NCBI GenBank assembly: GCA_028534125.1
Contig: CM052817.1
Location: 64,916,001 to 64,980,000 of the forward strand
Reading direction: 5' to 3'
Source of the DNA: Lama glama
Taxonomy: Eukaryota
Length of the DNA stretch: 64,000 nucleotides
Shown: in pieces, positions 1 through 14,714 of the stretch
Numbering within the stretch: the stretch's first letter is position 1
How the letters are laid out: each line of letters opens with the position of its first letter
Position numbers and translations under genes: made by a program
The notes under the pieces: generated by a model
The model's database searches: none
Seen by the model: only the letters and a program-made list of their open reading frames with translations
What the model was told of the DNA's origin: nothing

Positions 1-707
1 TTAGGTAATGACAAAATTGATCCTTCAACAGCCTTTTAAAATAATCTAGCCTGAAAACTTAAATTTTGTAATCAAAATAATTTATCACCATTATTGAAAT
101 TAAGAAAATATATTAAAGAGATTCTTATCTCTTCAGTGATTGCTTGAGAACCACAAAGGCATCACAAAGAAGGAACAGAGATGGGATCCATAGTTCAAAA
201 GAAAGAGTTGAGTTTATCAATCTGATACTTCTTCCTAAATCACTATATTCCTTTGAAGTCACTAAATTGAATATAAAGCTGCAGATAGATAGTAACCTCC
301 CATACAGAACATTATGGTAGACTTACAGGAGATTCAGGATATCTGCCTCCACAAATAAGTATGAAATAAATCAGAAAGACACTGATACAAATACATAATA
401 ATAAAACTGAAAGGTCAGAAGGCACATTCTGAAGAATATAATCTGGTAAATAAAAGAGAATGAAGGTTTACTAATAAAGTAAAATTCTCAAGAAATGCTT
501 ACTTAGGTTTAGAAAAGCCTTTTTTAAATCACACATTTAAATCTCACGTAAAAACAAAAAAAATGCTTTCTTATGAGGGCTTTTTATCACTTAAAAGTTT
601 TAAAAATTCACAAGAGAAAATGAAATTTTCTCCCATTTCAAATAGTCTATGAAGTACCTCATTATCTCCTAATTTTTCCTTAAACTTAAAAAAAAAAAAA
701 GATGACA

Positions 708-976
708 TTAGTGTGGTATAGAGTTCACTGTAGGTTCAGTGCTGTTTTCTTTATCCTGTTTTTCTTCCTCATGTGGTGAATCTAGTAAATTTGTACTATT
801 TTCCTCCTCACTGGAATCACTGTTCAATCCATCTTCAACTTGGGCTAATTTTTTGTCATGTGAAGAACTTTCACAGCCTTTGTCTGTGGGAACAGCTCCT
901 TTCCTTTGGGGTAAGATAGTGAAAAATGCTTCTTGCCAGTCTCTTGTTTCCAGGTATTCCAGAATAATCTCAAACA
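708..976 (-). CDS. TRMT10A: TRMT10A last coding exon (tRNA m1G9 methyltransferase), (V)[18 protein letters not shown]...VNSIPH*
   Basis: Translation matches the recalled TRMT10A C-terminus. Acceptor AG at 978-977, stop TAA at 710-708. The 269 nt bring the CDS to 1020 nt. Confidence 0.97.
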
Positions 977-2179
977 CTGCAAGAAAGACAACTCCATGTA
1001 TTTTTTCATCAAGTTCATCTCAATGCTGCATACTATATTTTAAAATACACTGCTTTTGTGTTAAGAGTGCTAGTATGCCCTAATGACTACTTCTCCTGTA
1101 TTAACTGTGAGAGCCAATATGCCCCAAGGCTCTCAAGCTCTTCTAGCTTTTCCTCAATTCAGTTCTTAAGCACTTAGAGGTTTACCATTATCTGCTGTCA
1201 ATTATAATAGAGCACCTTTTTCATTTCCTTCCTATTCTTTATTCCTTTCACTTCTTTATCCTTTATTTGCCAATATAAAACTAGGGAAAAAAAGGGTTAG
1301 TAGTAATCCAAATTTCTTCTCTTTCCTATATAAGTGCCACTCACTTTGGGGAGTGTCTTGCCTTATTTATTTATTTATTTTTAATACTGTCTCCAAGATC
1401 ATCTCACTTTAATACATTGCTGAAGGGTTAGTTTGGACTACTTTATGATAGAAAAGTTAATTTCTACTATTTATCAGAAGCCTTAGAAAAAAAAGTTCAT
1501 TCCTTGAATCAATAAGTTCATTAAGTTCATTTTTATAATTCCCTAGAGCCTGCTACAGAGAAATGTAAAAAGCACAATTAATGGTTGTGTACTAACGAAG
1601 ATCTCTACTAAAATTTGTTTAAAAAGCAAAACTCCAGGCAAAATCTTAAGTCTGAGAATGTGTATTACAATTATTACATACAGCAGTAAAAAGAAAAAAA
1701 TAATCCACAACAGGAGAAAGGTTACATTATTACATATATAGATGATGGAATATTTCATAGCCACTAACAATGACTCAATAGCGTGACAATATATACTAAT
1801 AAATCAGGAGAAAAACACCTGAGATTTCTAACATTTTATGTAATAGAGTAAGAATTCAATTATGTAACAAATAATATTATATATGCATAGGAAAGGAAGC
1901 ACATCAAAAAGTTAATACCAAGTATCTCTGGGCAGTGAAATTACACCTTATTTCTTTTTCTTTATTTTTTACTATTTCTTTATGCTTTTCTACATTTTCA
2001 AAATTTACTGAAGTATGCATGTACTATTCAAATTATAAATGATTACATTTTAAAATTTTGCCTCCAAAATTGTGTATTTTCCAAAGGTACATATTTTATA
2101 CTTGTCTGAAACATAAATGTAATGTTATTTTTCATAGTGTTTACTCAGGTATATTTTCAGTTTATCCCCTTATAGCTTA

Positions 2180-2290
<111 letters not shown>

Positions 2291-3138
2291 CTAAAACAGA
2301 GATAGTGTAACTTGGGCTAGAACATTAAATCATTTAAACTTAAAGTCTATGATGAAATAAATAACTTTTAGGAAAGACTTTAGTTCAGAGAATTTTATCT
2401 GAACAGCTGTGTGCTGTGTGTTTAACTGCTAATTTGGAAACATTCTCAATAACTATGGTCAGAATGTTGATGGCATTTGTTTTAACCAATTTACAAATGA
2501 GGAAACCAAAGACATTATACTCCCTGTCCCACCACAAAGTTCCTATGTGCCAGAACCAAAGGAAAAACCTGGCTCATGCCTTCTGACTCAAATAGCTTCT
2601 CATCATTCCACACTGCCTCGCCTCTCTCTGTTTAAAGTACTCAAACTGAATTCCTAAAGAAGCATCATCATTCTTCCCATGAACTTAAAAGACAAAACTA
2701 TGTTTCAATTACATAACACTAAGAGGCACAAATGGGAAAGACAAATGAAACGAAAACCTGAATTGAACATTTTTAAAATTGTCTTTAGTTTTATTTTTCC
2801 CTTTCTGTCAATTAAAAGAATGCTGAATATGAATTTTCTCTCTTCTCAAAATTAATATCCTTAAAGCCTGGGTCTAATTAGAACTGAAAGAGCCAAAAGA
2901 CAGATTTGAGAAGAAGAGCTAAATTTCTCAACCAATAGTTTGTGTATTTTAGAGACTAATGATTAATAATTGATTGAGTCAAGCGCTTTTGAAAGCAAAA
3001 TTGTGTTAGTTCAGAGAAAATACAACATGAAAGAAAAAAATTTGGTTCTACTTAAATAACAAAATAGAATTTTTCCACTAAGAAAAAAATAGTAAGGCTA
3101 ACGATCATTCTGATAAAACTCCCTATGATGCTACAGAC

Positions 3139-3312
3139 CTGCACTGTCCAACAGGAGCCACATGTGACTACTTGAACTTTTTATAATTTTTAAAAACTCA
3201 GTTTCTCAATCATACTGTGCACATTTCGTGTGCTCAACAGCTACATGGCTACCATACTGGACAGGATGACATAAACGTTTCCAACAATGCAGAGAGTTCT
3301 GCACAGTGGTGC
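3139..3312 (-). mobile_element. MER3-like hAT-Charlie DNA transposon relic
   Basis: ctgcactgtccaa...agccacatgtg...ccatactggacag internal inverted motifs. Confidence 0.65.
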
Positions 3313-3654
3313 CATATGAGAATAATGAATCACTTCTTATTATTCTGCGAACAACATTTCCTTACTTAAACAAGTTGGGTAGAATTTAGCATGATGCAAA
3401 GTAGCTGGCAAAATACAAAATAATGTCTTCTTTTAGAAAGTATATTTCTGTAATTTTTCATTAGAATGAGGGAAAGGAGGTGGGAAGAGACAAAAGTTCA
3501 AATTAAAGAGAATAGAACACACATTCCATATAATCATATATTTGAAAACTGGTATAAATTTATCAGTTTGGGTGTAAACTTTGGTATAAATTAATATAAA
3601 TTTTACCAGGGGCCTAGAAATTGATTAGCAGCAGTATCTTCTATCGATACAGCA

Positions 3655-3915
3655 AATCATTTAAGCACGTGGGCTCCAGAGCAATCTGCTCAGTTTCAAA
3701 CATCTGCTTTACCACCTATTACTACTGATTTGACACTTAATTTCTCTGTGATTCTAGTTCCTCATCTGTAAAATGTAGAAAATAATAGCATCAAACAGCA
3801 CTGACCTCACTGGGCTATCGTGAGGATTAAGCAAATTAATGCATGTGAAATGCTCTGCTTAGCTAGAGAGGTGCCTGGAATACAGCAGGCACTCAGTAAA
3901 CACTGGCTGTTAGCA
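3655..3915 (+). mobile_element. MIR SINE
   Basis: Core ttcctcatctgtaaaatg...gtgaggattaa and tail gtgcctgg...cactcagtaaa. Confidence 0.75.
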
Positions 3916-3930
3916 GTACTGATACTATCA

Positions 3931-4170
<240 letters not shown>

Positions 4171-5329
4171 TTAAAAGAATTTTGTGAAAATTGGCTTAAA
4201 ATGATTATTTTCTTTTCTATAGACAAACCCATCTTAAAAAAAAAAAGAAAGAAAGGAAGTTTGACAGAATATTACAACAGTGTATTACTTAGAACCTTCA
4301 ACACCTTATCACCTCACATCTCAACTATTTAAGTGGCTTCCTGATGTTATTTATTTCCCTGTGTCTAGACTTAGATCTCTCCAATTTACTTCCACACATG
4401 GATGGTGGATTCATTTTCTGAAAATACTACTTTCACTGTTTTATCTTTATCTGTAGGATAAAATTCAAACTCCTTAACTTAGTATCTCTTTCCTGAATAT
4501 AGCACTAACCTACCTTCCTAACTTTCTCTGTTCCAACAAAACAAATGCATTTTTGTCACGTATTTGCTCACATTATTCTCCAATTCCTTTTCCATCTACA
4601 TGAATCATCAAAATGAAAGGGCTTACAGATTCAATAAATTCCCTGCATCTGCTTCCACAAAAATACACATTTGAAATCTTCTTCACCAAAGCTGTCAGGT
4701 CAGAGGTACAAGACTGCACACTTGGCAATCAGAATTTTGCAAGCTACACTAATAGGATACAGGAAGATGTATCACCAGGCTCAGATGGCATTTCCCAATA
4801 ATTTTTGTGGAAATTGAAAAGAAGCAGGCGATCTCGTACCTAAAATGTATATAACCTATTGATTAATAAACAGCCATTTTTTTCCTAAGAAATTATATAT
4901 TATAAATTTTATCCCGATACTTAATAAAGGCCCCAAGAGGAATGTGCATAATTAGAGACCAGTGAATTTATCTCTCTCTGGAAAGCTGGTGGTATTAAGA
5001 ATAATAAATTTAATAAGCCACAAAATAACTAAAAGTATGCCTATTCTAACTTACTACATTATTTGTTAGGAAAATAGGCATGAACATTAAACTTGGTAAA
5101 TATATTGTACTTTAAAACTTTAAAAAGCCTTTGAAAATGTTTTACACTATAAGCTATTAATAAATGCAGGCATTATGGGACTAGTGAGAGAGGGAAGTGA
5201 GAACTGGCCTGGAGAAAGGAAAAAAAAATAGGAATAACTCACTACTTCCCTGAGTAGAATAGAGTTAGGGTTCCTCAGGGATTGATACTAAACCCAATAT
5301 ACGTTAGTCATATTTGCAAATGACTGAGA

Positions 5330-5640
5330 ACAGTTTGGTCAAATATATATACAAAAAAATGTGAGCCACATATGTAATTTGAAATCTTCTAGTAGCCACA
5401 TTTTAAAAAGTGGGAAAAAAGATGAAATTATTTTTAATAATATATTGTATTCAACAATGCTATCATTTCAACTTATAATAAATGTGTTTTTTGGAGATAT
5501 TTTACATTCTTTTTTTTTGTACTAAGTCTTTGAAATCCAATGTCTATTTCACATTTAGAGCACAACTCAACTCAGACCAGTCACATTTCAAGAGTTCAAC
5601 AGCCACATGTGGATAGTGGACACCATATGGTATAGCACAG
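5330..5640. mobile_element. MER33-like hAT-Charlie relic
   Basis: gagccacatatgtaatttgaaat...tctagtagccacatt...agccacatgtggatagtgg... Confidence 0.65.
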
Positions 5641-6007
5641 ATTTAGAAGAAACAGAATGCAAGCACATTTGCAAATTTTAGAGTGACTTCACTCTTATAA
5701 ATAATGTATAGCCAGTTTGCTAGGTAAAGACTGCATATAGACCTTTAAATTTTTTCCTTTTTTAAAAAATATGTTTTAAAATTGGCAGTAAAATAGCAAG
5801 CGAGATTTAATGAGAGTAAGTATAAACTCTACCTCAGTCTCTTAGCTTCTCCCACTGGTAACCTTGGACTTAGGCATAGTGATACACAGGGTCTGGAGCT
5901 GCTGACTCTTAATATTTATTAGCATTATGTAGAATTTAGATTAAAAATGTAGTCCTTTAAGTACAAAACTACTGGGAAATATGTGAGACTTTAGCTATTT
6001 TAGTTAC

Positions 6008-6082
6008 CTTCCAGTTGACCCATCCTTTGTCATTTTCATCCATGTTCTTTTTCAACTGGCCTCCATGGCTTGTCAAGTAAAA
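6008..6082 (-). CDS. TRMT10A: TRMT10A coding exon 4 of 7 ([25 protein letters not shown])
   Basis: 75 nt with AG/GT boundaries and a recognisable peptide. Confidence 0.96.
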
Positions 6083-7020
6083 CTAAAAAGAGATTGGCAG
6101 GTATAGAAAGAGAGGGCAAATGACTATTAAAGTCAAATTATTTTGTTCCCCTCACACATTCATCTGATTATCAACAAAACACAAAATGTTTTCATTCTTG
6201 AAAAAAATAAATTTATGACACGCTTTAAACATACAATAATAAATTTGTGGTAGAAATGACATGTGTATTTTTGTTTATCTCCTAACCCACTAACTTCTGT
6301 ATTTCATCTATATTTTCATCCCATTTTTCAAGCAGTTAAAATCTGCCTCGCGCTTAAGGAGCACTTTTCTATAAACTCCCTGCTTCCATGTCAAGTTTCC
6401 CTTCCCTTTCTTTTGTCACCACTGTTACTTTTTTACCTATCCAAAGTCTTCATAATTTGTCTTTGACGCTAAACCCTGAAACCTATTTCAAGTCTAATCA
6501 AGGGTAGGAAGAATGTAAAATGTAAAAATACAAAACTACTATCATTTGATAAAAAGAAAATATCTAACCAAAAATATAATAAGATTTCATCATTGAGCCA
6601 GAGTTAATTTTTAGGTCCCTCTAGAATTCAAACAAATTCAGTAAGAAAAATGGCCCTACTATCAACAGCAGCCAATTAGTCTCACAAATCATCCCCTCAT
6701 TCTAGCTGTGAAAGTACGTTTCAAAATCATCAGTGACTCAAACAAGCACCATAGTACACATCAGGCAGCAACAGTGCCTTCACTCCCCAGAGAGGAAGGA
6801 ACCGAGAGCTGAGAAACTGGTATGAAAATATGTGTACGTCCTTTACTGAAGACGTTGGACTACACGGCAATGAACAGGTCAATGTGCACAAGACTGATGA
6901 TGACTGGGCAGTTTGTCTGTGAATGACACATGTGAAAAAATGTTTGAAGTATTTTATTTTTGTAGAAAAATAAAACATTTTTGAAATAGGCATTTTGTTT
7001 TCTAAGAGAGATTATCCTTA

Positions 7021-7188
<168 letters not shown>

Positions 7189-7916
7189 CTATAAAAGAGT
7201 GTGTTTTTTAAGCAGAATTTTCAAAATCATCTATGGGCATTCCACAATCTTACTGGAACAGAATAAGGGGAAGGAATGACTAGATGGGTACACTTTTTCT
7301 TTTGAAATACAAGTCCTTTCTGATAATTTCCTTTCAATCTCATTATATACTAACAAAATAATTACTATAAGTCAATAAATACTCTGTAACTAACCCACTA
7401 TTTCAGATTTTGTATTCAACTAGCATTAAAAAATGATAGTTCATGAAAATATTTACTCTTCTTAAGAGACAACGAAAGAAAAAAAGAACTCTCTTACAGC
7501 AACACTATTACAATTTTCATAACTTACCAAGGATTTGGAAAGTAATTAAAACATGTTCTTTTCAGTAGCATTGTTTAAACAAACAGATTTCTCAAACTAT
7601 TGAATAAATAATTCTATTAAGCCAATCTTCTTTCTTTTTTTTTTTGATTAGGATCGATAACAGAAATACCCACAGAACTTTATGATTAATATGCAGTTAC
7701 TGAGTTTTATAATTTAATTATAGTATCTGTCTTTCCCTCTGTCTGTGCTATAACATATGAATAAAAGCAACTTATTAACTACTTTAATTTTGGGGGTACA
7801 GATGTTGAAAACTTTAAGATGCATTTTAGTAAACAAATTCTTATCAAAGTCATATTACATGTTAAAGCAAGAATTATTCAGTCTATTTTCAGACCTATTA
7901 AAGGTATTCAGGATAC

Positions 7917-8079
7917 CTTTAGTACCATCAAGCTGTCAAAACTGCAGTCAATGATAAGGCGGAGTGTGCTGTGAACAACATCTCTTCGAATACGTTTTCT
8001 GTCACTTCCATCTGAATTTGATTCCAGTTGACATTGTCGCTCTAACTGCTTTCTCTTGCGTTTTTCCTTCCGCTTTTGT
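7917..8079 (-). CDS. TRMT10A: TRMT10A coding exon 2 of 7 = gene exon 3 ([15 protein letters not shown]...[16 protein letters not shown])
   Basis: 163 nt. Phase 2 entry matches the upstream exon. Basic NLS-like stretch and IIDCSFD motif. Confidence 0.96.
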
Positions 8080-8230
8080 CTAAAATTAGTAGTTGAAAAC
8101 AATTTTTTATTGTTATTTGTATATTCAGATATTTACAAGACTTTTCTTAATAGACAAACAATTTTTAAAATCAGCAACCTAAACCGTAAGAAACTGCCAT
8201 TTCTGTAGATCAAAAATTGTCAAATATCAG

Positions 8231-11200
8231 AGTGAGAGATTACTGGATTAAGATGGCATAGTAGGAACTTGAGCTCACCTCCTCTCATGAACATAACAAA
8301 ATCACAACTAACTACTGAACAACCATTGATAAAAAAGACTGGAACCTACCAAAAAAGATCTTCTACACCTAAAGACGTAAAGAAGGAACCACTATGAGGT
8401 GGTAGAAGGGGCACACTTACGATATAATCAAATCCCATACCCTCCGGGATGGATGACTGACAAACTGAAGAATAACTGTATTGCAGAAGTTCTCCCATAG
8501 AAGTGAGAGCTCTGAGCCCCATGGCAGACTCCCCAGACCGGGGGTCTGCCATCAGGAAGAGGAGCTCCCAGGGTATTTGGTTTATATGGCCAGTGGGGCT
8601 TAACTGTAGGAGCTCCAGAGGACTAGGGGAAACGGAGACCTCACTCTTAAAGGGCACACACAAATTCCCATGTACTGGACCGAGGGCAAAAGCAGTAATT
8701 TCATAGAAATCAGGGCCAGACCTACCTGCTGGTCTTGGAGGGTATCCTGGGGAGGTGAGAGGTAGCTTTGGATCACTCTAGAAACTGAAAAGCTGGTGGC
8801 CAATATACTGGGGAGTATTCGTCTGCACAAATGCTCCTCCAGGCTGATATCTTGCTTAGGTCATTAGTACCTGGCCTCACCCAACAGCCTGTAGGCTCCA
8901 GTGCTGGGACACCTCAGGCCAAACAAATAACTGGGTGGGAACACAGTCCTACCCATCAGCTGACAGGCTCTCTAAAGATTTCCTAAGCCCAAAGCCACCT
9001 GCCATCACAGGGGGAGGATCCAGATCCATCACCAGTGGGCAGGCACCAGCCCCACCCACCAGGAGGCCTGCACAAGCCTCTAGACCAGTCTCACCTACTT
9101 GGGAGCAGACACCAGGAGCAAGAAAACTATGACCCTGCAGCCTTTGAAATGAGTCCAAAATTCAGACCAGACTACCCTGGGACCAGCTGGCCCCTAGTCC
9201 TTAGGTGACGAGAGGGGAGTGCACTGCTGGGATGCACAGGACATCTCCTACATTGGGATACTTCTCCAAAGTCAAGAAATGTAACTAACCTACTACATAA
9301 CATAAAAATACAATAGAAATTTAGACAAAACAAGGCAGCAGAGGAATATGTTCTAGACAAAATTTCAGAAGAAGAACTAAGTGATGTGGAGATAGGCCAT
9401 CTATCTGAGAAAGAGTTCATAGTAATGGTCATAAAGATGTTCAGAGAATCTGGGAGAAGAATGGATGCACAAAAACTTAGTAGAAGAAACCAACAGTAAA
9501 CTAAATGCGAAGAAGAACAGGCGAGTGATAGAAGACAGAGTAGTAAAAATCACTACCACAAAACAGGAAAAAAGAAAAAAGAAAGAAAAGAAATAAGGAC
9601 AGTTTAAGAGAACTCTGGGACAACATCAAGGACACTAATATTTGCATTATAGGGGTCCTAGAAGGAGAAGAGAGAGAGAAAGGGCCTGAGAAAATACTTA
9701 ATAAGAGATAATAGGTGAAAAATTCCCTAACTTGGTAAAGGAAACAGTCAACCAAGTCCAGGAAACACAGAGTCCCATACAGGATTACCCTAAGAGCAAA
9801 ACCTAGACATAGTATGATTAAAATGATAAAAATTAAAGACAAAGACAGAATATTAAAAGCAACAAAGGAAAAGCAATAAAAACATACAAGGGAACTCTCA
9901 TAAGGTTATCAGCTGATTTTTCACCAGAAACTCTGTAGACAGAAAGGAGTGGCACTATATATTTAAAGTGATGAAAGGGAAAAACCTACAACAAAGAATA
10001 CCCTAACAGCAAGGCTGTCATTCAAATTTGACGGGGAAATCAAAAGCTCTACAGATAAGCAAAAGCTAAAAGAATTCAGCACCACAAAAACAGCTTTACA
10101 ACAAGTGCTAAAGGAACTTCTCTCAGTAGAAAAGAAAATGCCACAACTAGAAACTAGAAAACTATAAAATGGAAAAGCTCACTGGTAAAGGTAAATACAC
10201 AGTAAAGGTAGGAAATTATCCACGCACAAACTCGGAAGAAGGTTAAATGACAAAAGTAGTAAAATCATCTGTATACACAATAAGCACTTAAGGGATACAC
10301 AAAACAACTAAATGTAAAATATGGTATCAAAAACAGTAATCATAAGGGGAGGAGAGCATAAATTCAGGGTATTTAAAATGCATTTGAAATTCAGAAATCA
10401 GCAATTTAAAACAACCATATATATATATATACAGACTGCTATACCAAAACCTCATGGTAACCGCAAGCCAATAATCTATAATATATATACACACAAAAAA
10501 GAAACCAATCAAAACATAACACTAAAGATAGTCATCAAATCACAAGAGAACAAAAGAAGAAAAGGAAAAAAAGATATCTACAAAATAAATCCAAAACAAT
10601 TAACAAAATGGCAATAAGAACATACATATCAATAAATTAAATGTAATTTAATTACATTTTACATTAAATGTAAACCAACTAAATGCTCCAACCAAAAGAC
10701 ATAGACTGGCTGAATGGATACAAAAACAAGACTCATATTTGCTGCCTACAAGAGACTCACTTCAGATCTAGAGACACATACAGACTGAAAGTGAGGGGGT
10801 GGAAAAAGGTATTCTACTTAAATGGAGATCAAAAGAAAGCTGTAGTAGCAATACTTATATCAGACAAATAAACTTTGAAATAAACACTGTTATAAGAGAT
10901 AAAGAAAGACACTACAAAATGACCAAGGGATCAACCCAGGAAGATGCTATAACAATTGTAAATATATAAGCACTCAACGCAGGAGTACCTCAACACATAA
11001 GGCAAATCTTAATGGACATAAAAGGAGAAATCAATAGTAACATAATGAGAGTAGGGAACTTTAACACCCACTTATATGAATGGACAGATCATACAGACAG
11101 AAAATCAATAAGGAGACACAGGTCTTAGGTAATACAAGAGACCAAGGGGACTTAATTGATAATTTAGAGTATGCCACCTGAACGCAGCAGAATACACATT

Positions 11201-14200
11201 CTTTTCAAGTGTATATGGAACATTCTCCAGAACAGATCACATGCTAGGCCACAAAACAATTCCCAGTAAATATGGGAAAACTGAAATCATATCAAGCATC
11301 TCTTCCAGCCACAACACTATGAAATTAGAAATCAACTACAAGAAAAAACTTCAATAAACACAAACATGTGGAGGCTAAACAACATGCTACTAAATAACCC
11401 ATGGTTCCCTGAAGAAATCAAAAAGGAAATTTTAAAAATACCTAGAAAAAGTGAAAATGAAAAGAGGACAATACAAAATCTATGGGATGCAACAAAAGCA
11501 GTTCTAAGAGGGAAGTTTACAGTGATATGAGCTTACCTCAGGAAACAAGAATAATCTCAAATAAACCTAACCTCACACCTAAAACATATAGAAAAACAAG
11601 AACAAACAAAACCCAAAGTTAGCAGAAGGAAAGAAATCATAAACATCAGAGCAGAAATTTAAAAAAAAATAGAGATTAAAAAAATAAGTCAAAAGAACTA
11701 GCTTTTAGTTTCTTTGATAAGATAAACAAAACAGATAAAATTTTAGCCAGACTCATCAAGAAAAAAAGGGAGAGGGCCCAAATCAATAAAATCAGAAATG
11801 AAAAAGAAGTTACAACCAACACCACAGAAATACAAAGGATCATAAGAGGCTACTACAAGCAACTATATGGCAATAAAATGGACAACCAAGAAGAAATGGA
11901 CAAATTCTTAGAAATGCACAATCTCCCAAGAAACTAGGAAGGAAGGAATAGAAATACGAACAGACAAATTACCAGTAATGAAATTGAATCAATAATTAAA
12001 AAGCCCACAACAAACAAAAGTCCAGGACCAGATGGCTTCACAGGTGAATTCTACCAAACATTTAGAAAAACGGTGATGTCTATATTCTTCTGAAACTATT
12101 CCAAAAATTGCAGAGGATGGAGCACTTCCAAACTCATTCTATGAGGTCACCATTCACCCTGATAGCAATGCAAAGAAAAATATCACAAAAAAAGGAAATT
12201 ACAGGTTACTATTACTGATGAATACAGATGCAAAAATCCTCAACAAAATATTAGCAAACCAAATCCAACAACACATTAAAAGGATTATACACCATGATCA
12301 AGGTAGATTTATCACAGGGTGCAAAGATTTTTTAATATCTGCAAACTGATCAGTGTGTTTACATCACATTAACAAACTGAAGAATAAAAACCATATTATC
12401 ATCTCAATAGATGTAGAAAAAGCTTTTGATAAAATTCGACATCCATTTATGATAAAAACTCTCCAGAAGGTGGGCACAAAGGGAACATACCTAAACATAA
12501 TAAAGGCCATATATGACAAACCCACAGCTAACATCATACTTGATGGGGAAAAGCTGAAAGCATTTCCTCTAAGATCAGGAAAAAGACAAGGGTGTCCACT
12601 CTCACCACTTTTATTCAACATAGTTTTGAAAATCCTAGCCACAGCAATCAGAAAAGAAAAGGAAATAAAAGGAATCCAAGTTGGAAAAGAAGAAGTAAAA
12701 TGGTCATTGTTTGCAGATAACATGCTATTATACACATAGAAAATCCTAAAGACACGACTAGAATTTATCAATAAATTCAGTAAAGTTGCAGGATACTAAA
12801 TTAATACACAGACATCTGTTGCATTTCTATACAGTAACAATGAAATATCAGGATAAGAAATTAAGGAAATAATTTCATTTACTATCCTATCAGTAAAATA
12901 AAATACCTAGGAATAAACCTACCTAAGGAGGCAAAAGATCTGTACCCTGATATAAGGTACTGATGAAAGAAACTGAAGACAACACAAACAGATGGAAAGA
13001 TATATTGTGTTCCTGGATTGCAAGAATCATCAGTTAAAACGGCCAGACTACCCAAGGCAATAGAGAGATTCAATGCAATCCCTATCAAATTACCAATGGC
13101 ACTTTTCAAAGAACTGGAACAAAAAAATTGAAAATTTGTATGGAAACACAAACAACCCTGAAGAGGCAAAAGAATCTTGAGAAAGAAGAGAGTCAGAGGC
13201 ATCAAAGTCTCTGACTTCAGACTATTGCATAAAGCTACAGTAATCAAAACAGTGTAGAACTAGCACAAAAACAGATACAAAGACCAATGGAGTGGGATAG
13301 AAAGCCCTAAAATAAACCCATGCACTTATGGTCAATTAATCTACAACAAAAGGGGCAAGAATATACAATGGAGAAAAGACAGTCTCCTCAATAAGTGGTG
13401 CTGGGAAAACCACACAGCAACATGTAAAAGTATAACATTAGAACATTCTCTAGCACCATATAACAAAATAAACTCAAAATGGATTAAAGCCATACAGGTA
13501 AGACCAGATACTATACAACTCCTAGAGGTAAACATTGGCAGAACACTCCTTGACGTAAATCACTGTAATATTTTTATGGATCCATCTTTTAGAAATGGAA
13601 ACAAAAGCAAAAATAAACCAATGGGACCTAATTAAACTGAAAAGCTTTTGCACAGCAAAGGAAACCATAAACAAAACAAAAAGACAACCTACGGAATGGG
13701 AGAAAATATTTGTGAAGGATGAGACCAACAAGAGATTTACTTCCAAAATATACAGACAGTTCTTACAGCTCAGTATCAAAAAACAACCCAACCGAAAAAT
13801 GGACAGAACACCTAAACAGACATTCCTACAAAGAAGATAATCAGATGGCCAACAGGCACATGAAAAGATGCTTAACATCGCTTATTATTAGAGAAATGCA
13901 AATCAAAACTACAATGAGGTGTCACCTCATACTAGTCAGAATGGCCATCATCAAAAAGTCTACAAATAATATGCTGGATAAGGTGTGGAGGAAAAGGAGC
14001 CCTCTACACTGTTGGGAATGTAAATTGCTGCAGCCACAGGAGAAAAGTATGGAGGTTCCTTAGAAAATGAAACACAGAGTTACCATATGATCCAGTAATC
14101 CTCACTCCTGGTCATACATCTGAAGAAAACTCTAACTCGAAAAGACACATGCACCCCAATGTTCACAGCAGTATTATTTACAACAGCCAAGCCATGGAAT

Positions 14201-14714
14201 CAACTTAAGTGTCCATGGACAGGTGAATGGATAAAGAACATATAGTATATTTATACAATGGAATATTATTCAGCCATGAAAAAGAACGAAATAACACCAT
14301 TTGCAATAACATGGATGAGATTATTATATGACGTTAAGTCAGACAGAGAAAGGCAAATATGATTTCACTTATATGTGGAATCTAAAATTAAAAAAAGATA
14401 CAAGTAAACTTATTTACAAACTAGAAACAGACTCACAGACATAAAAAACAAAATATGGTTACCAAAGGAGAAAGGGGCTTGTGGGGAGGGATAAATTAGG
14501 AGGTTGGGATTAACATATACACACTACTATATATAAAATTGATAAACAAGGACCTATTGTATAGCACAGGGAACTATATCCAATATCTCATAATTACCTA
14601 TAATGGAAAAGAATCTGAAAAAGAAGATATATATGTATATGTATAAGTGAATCACTTTGTCATACACCTGAAAATTACACACTATTAATCAACCATACTT
14701 TGATAAAAATAAAT
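8231..14714 (+). mobile_element. Near-full-length degenerate LINE-1 (about 6.5 kb) in TRMT10A intron 2, antisense to the gene
   Basis: 5' end with AAGATGGC, ORF1 remnant at about 9.3-10.2 kb, ORF2 remnant from 10608 (CCLQETH endonuclease and [16 protein letters not shown] motifs), 3' UTR and A-rich tail. 19-bp TSD aaaaatt(g/c)tcaaatatcag at 8212-8230 and 14715-14733. Confidence 0.95.

Noticed and set aside
1..707. TRMT10A poly(A) site
   Set aside because: I did not find a convincing minus-strand AATAAA. The 3' UTR may extend beyond the window, so no terminator is called.
739..1083. 114-aa plus-strand ORF antisense to the TRMT10A last exon
   Set aside because: Shadow ORF of the coding exon, with a non-ATG start and low-complexity Ser/Phe content.
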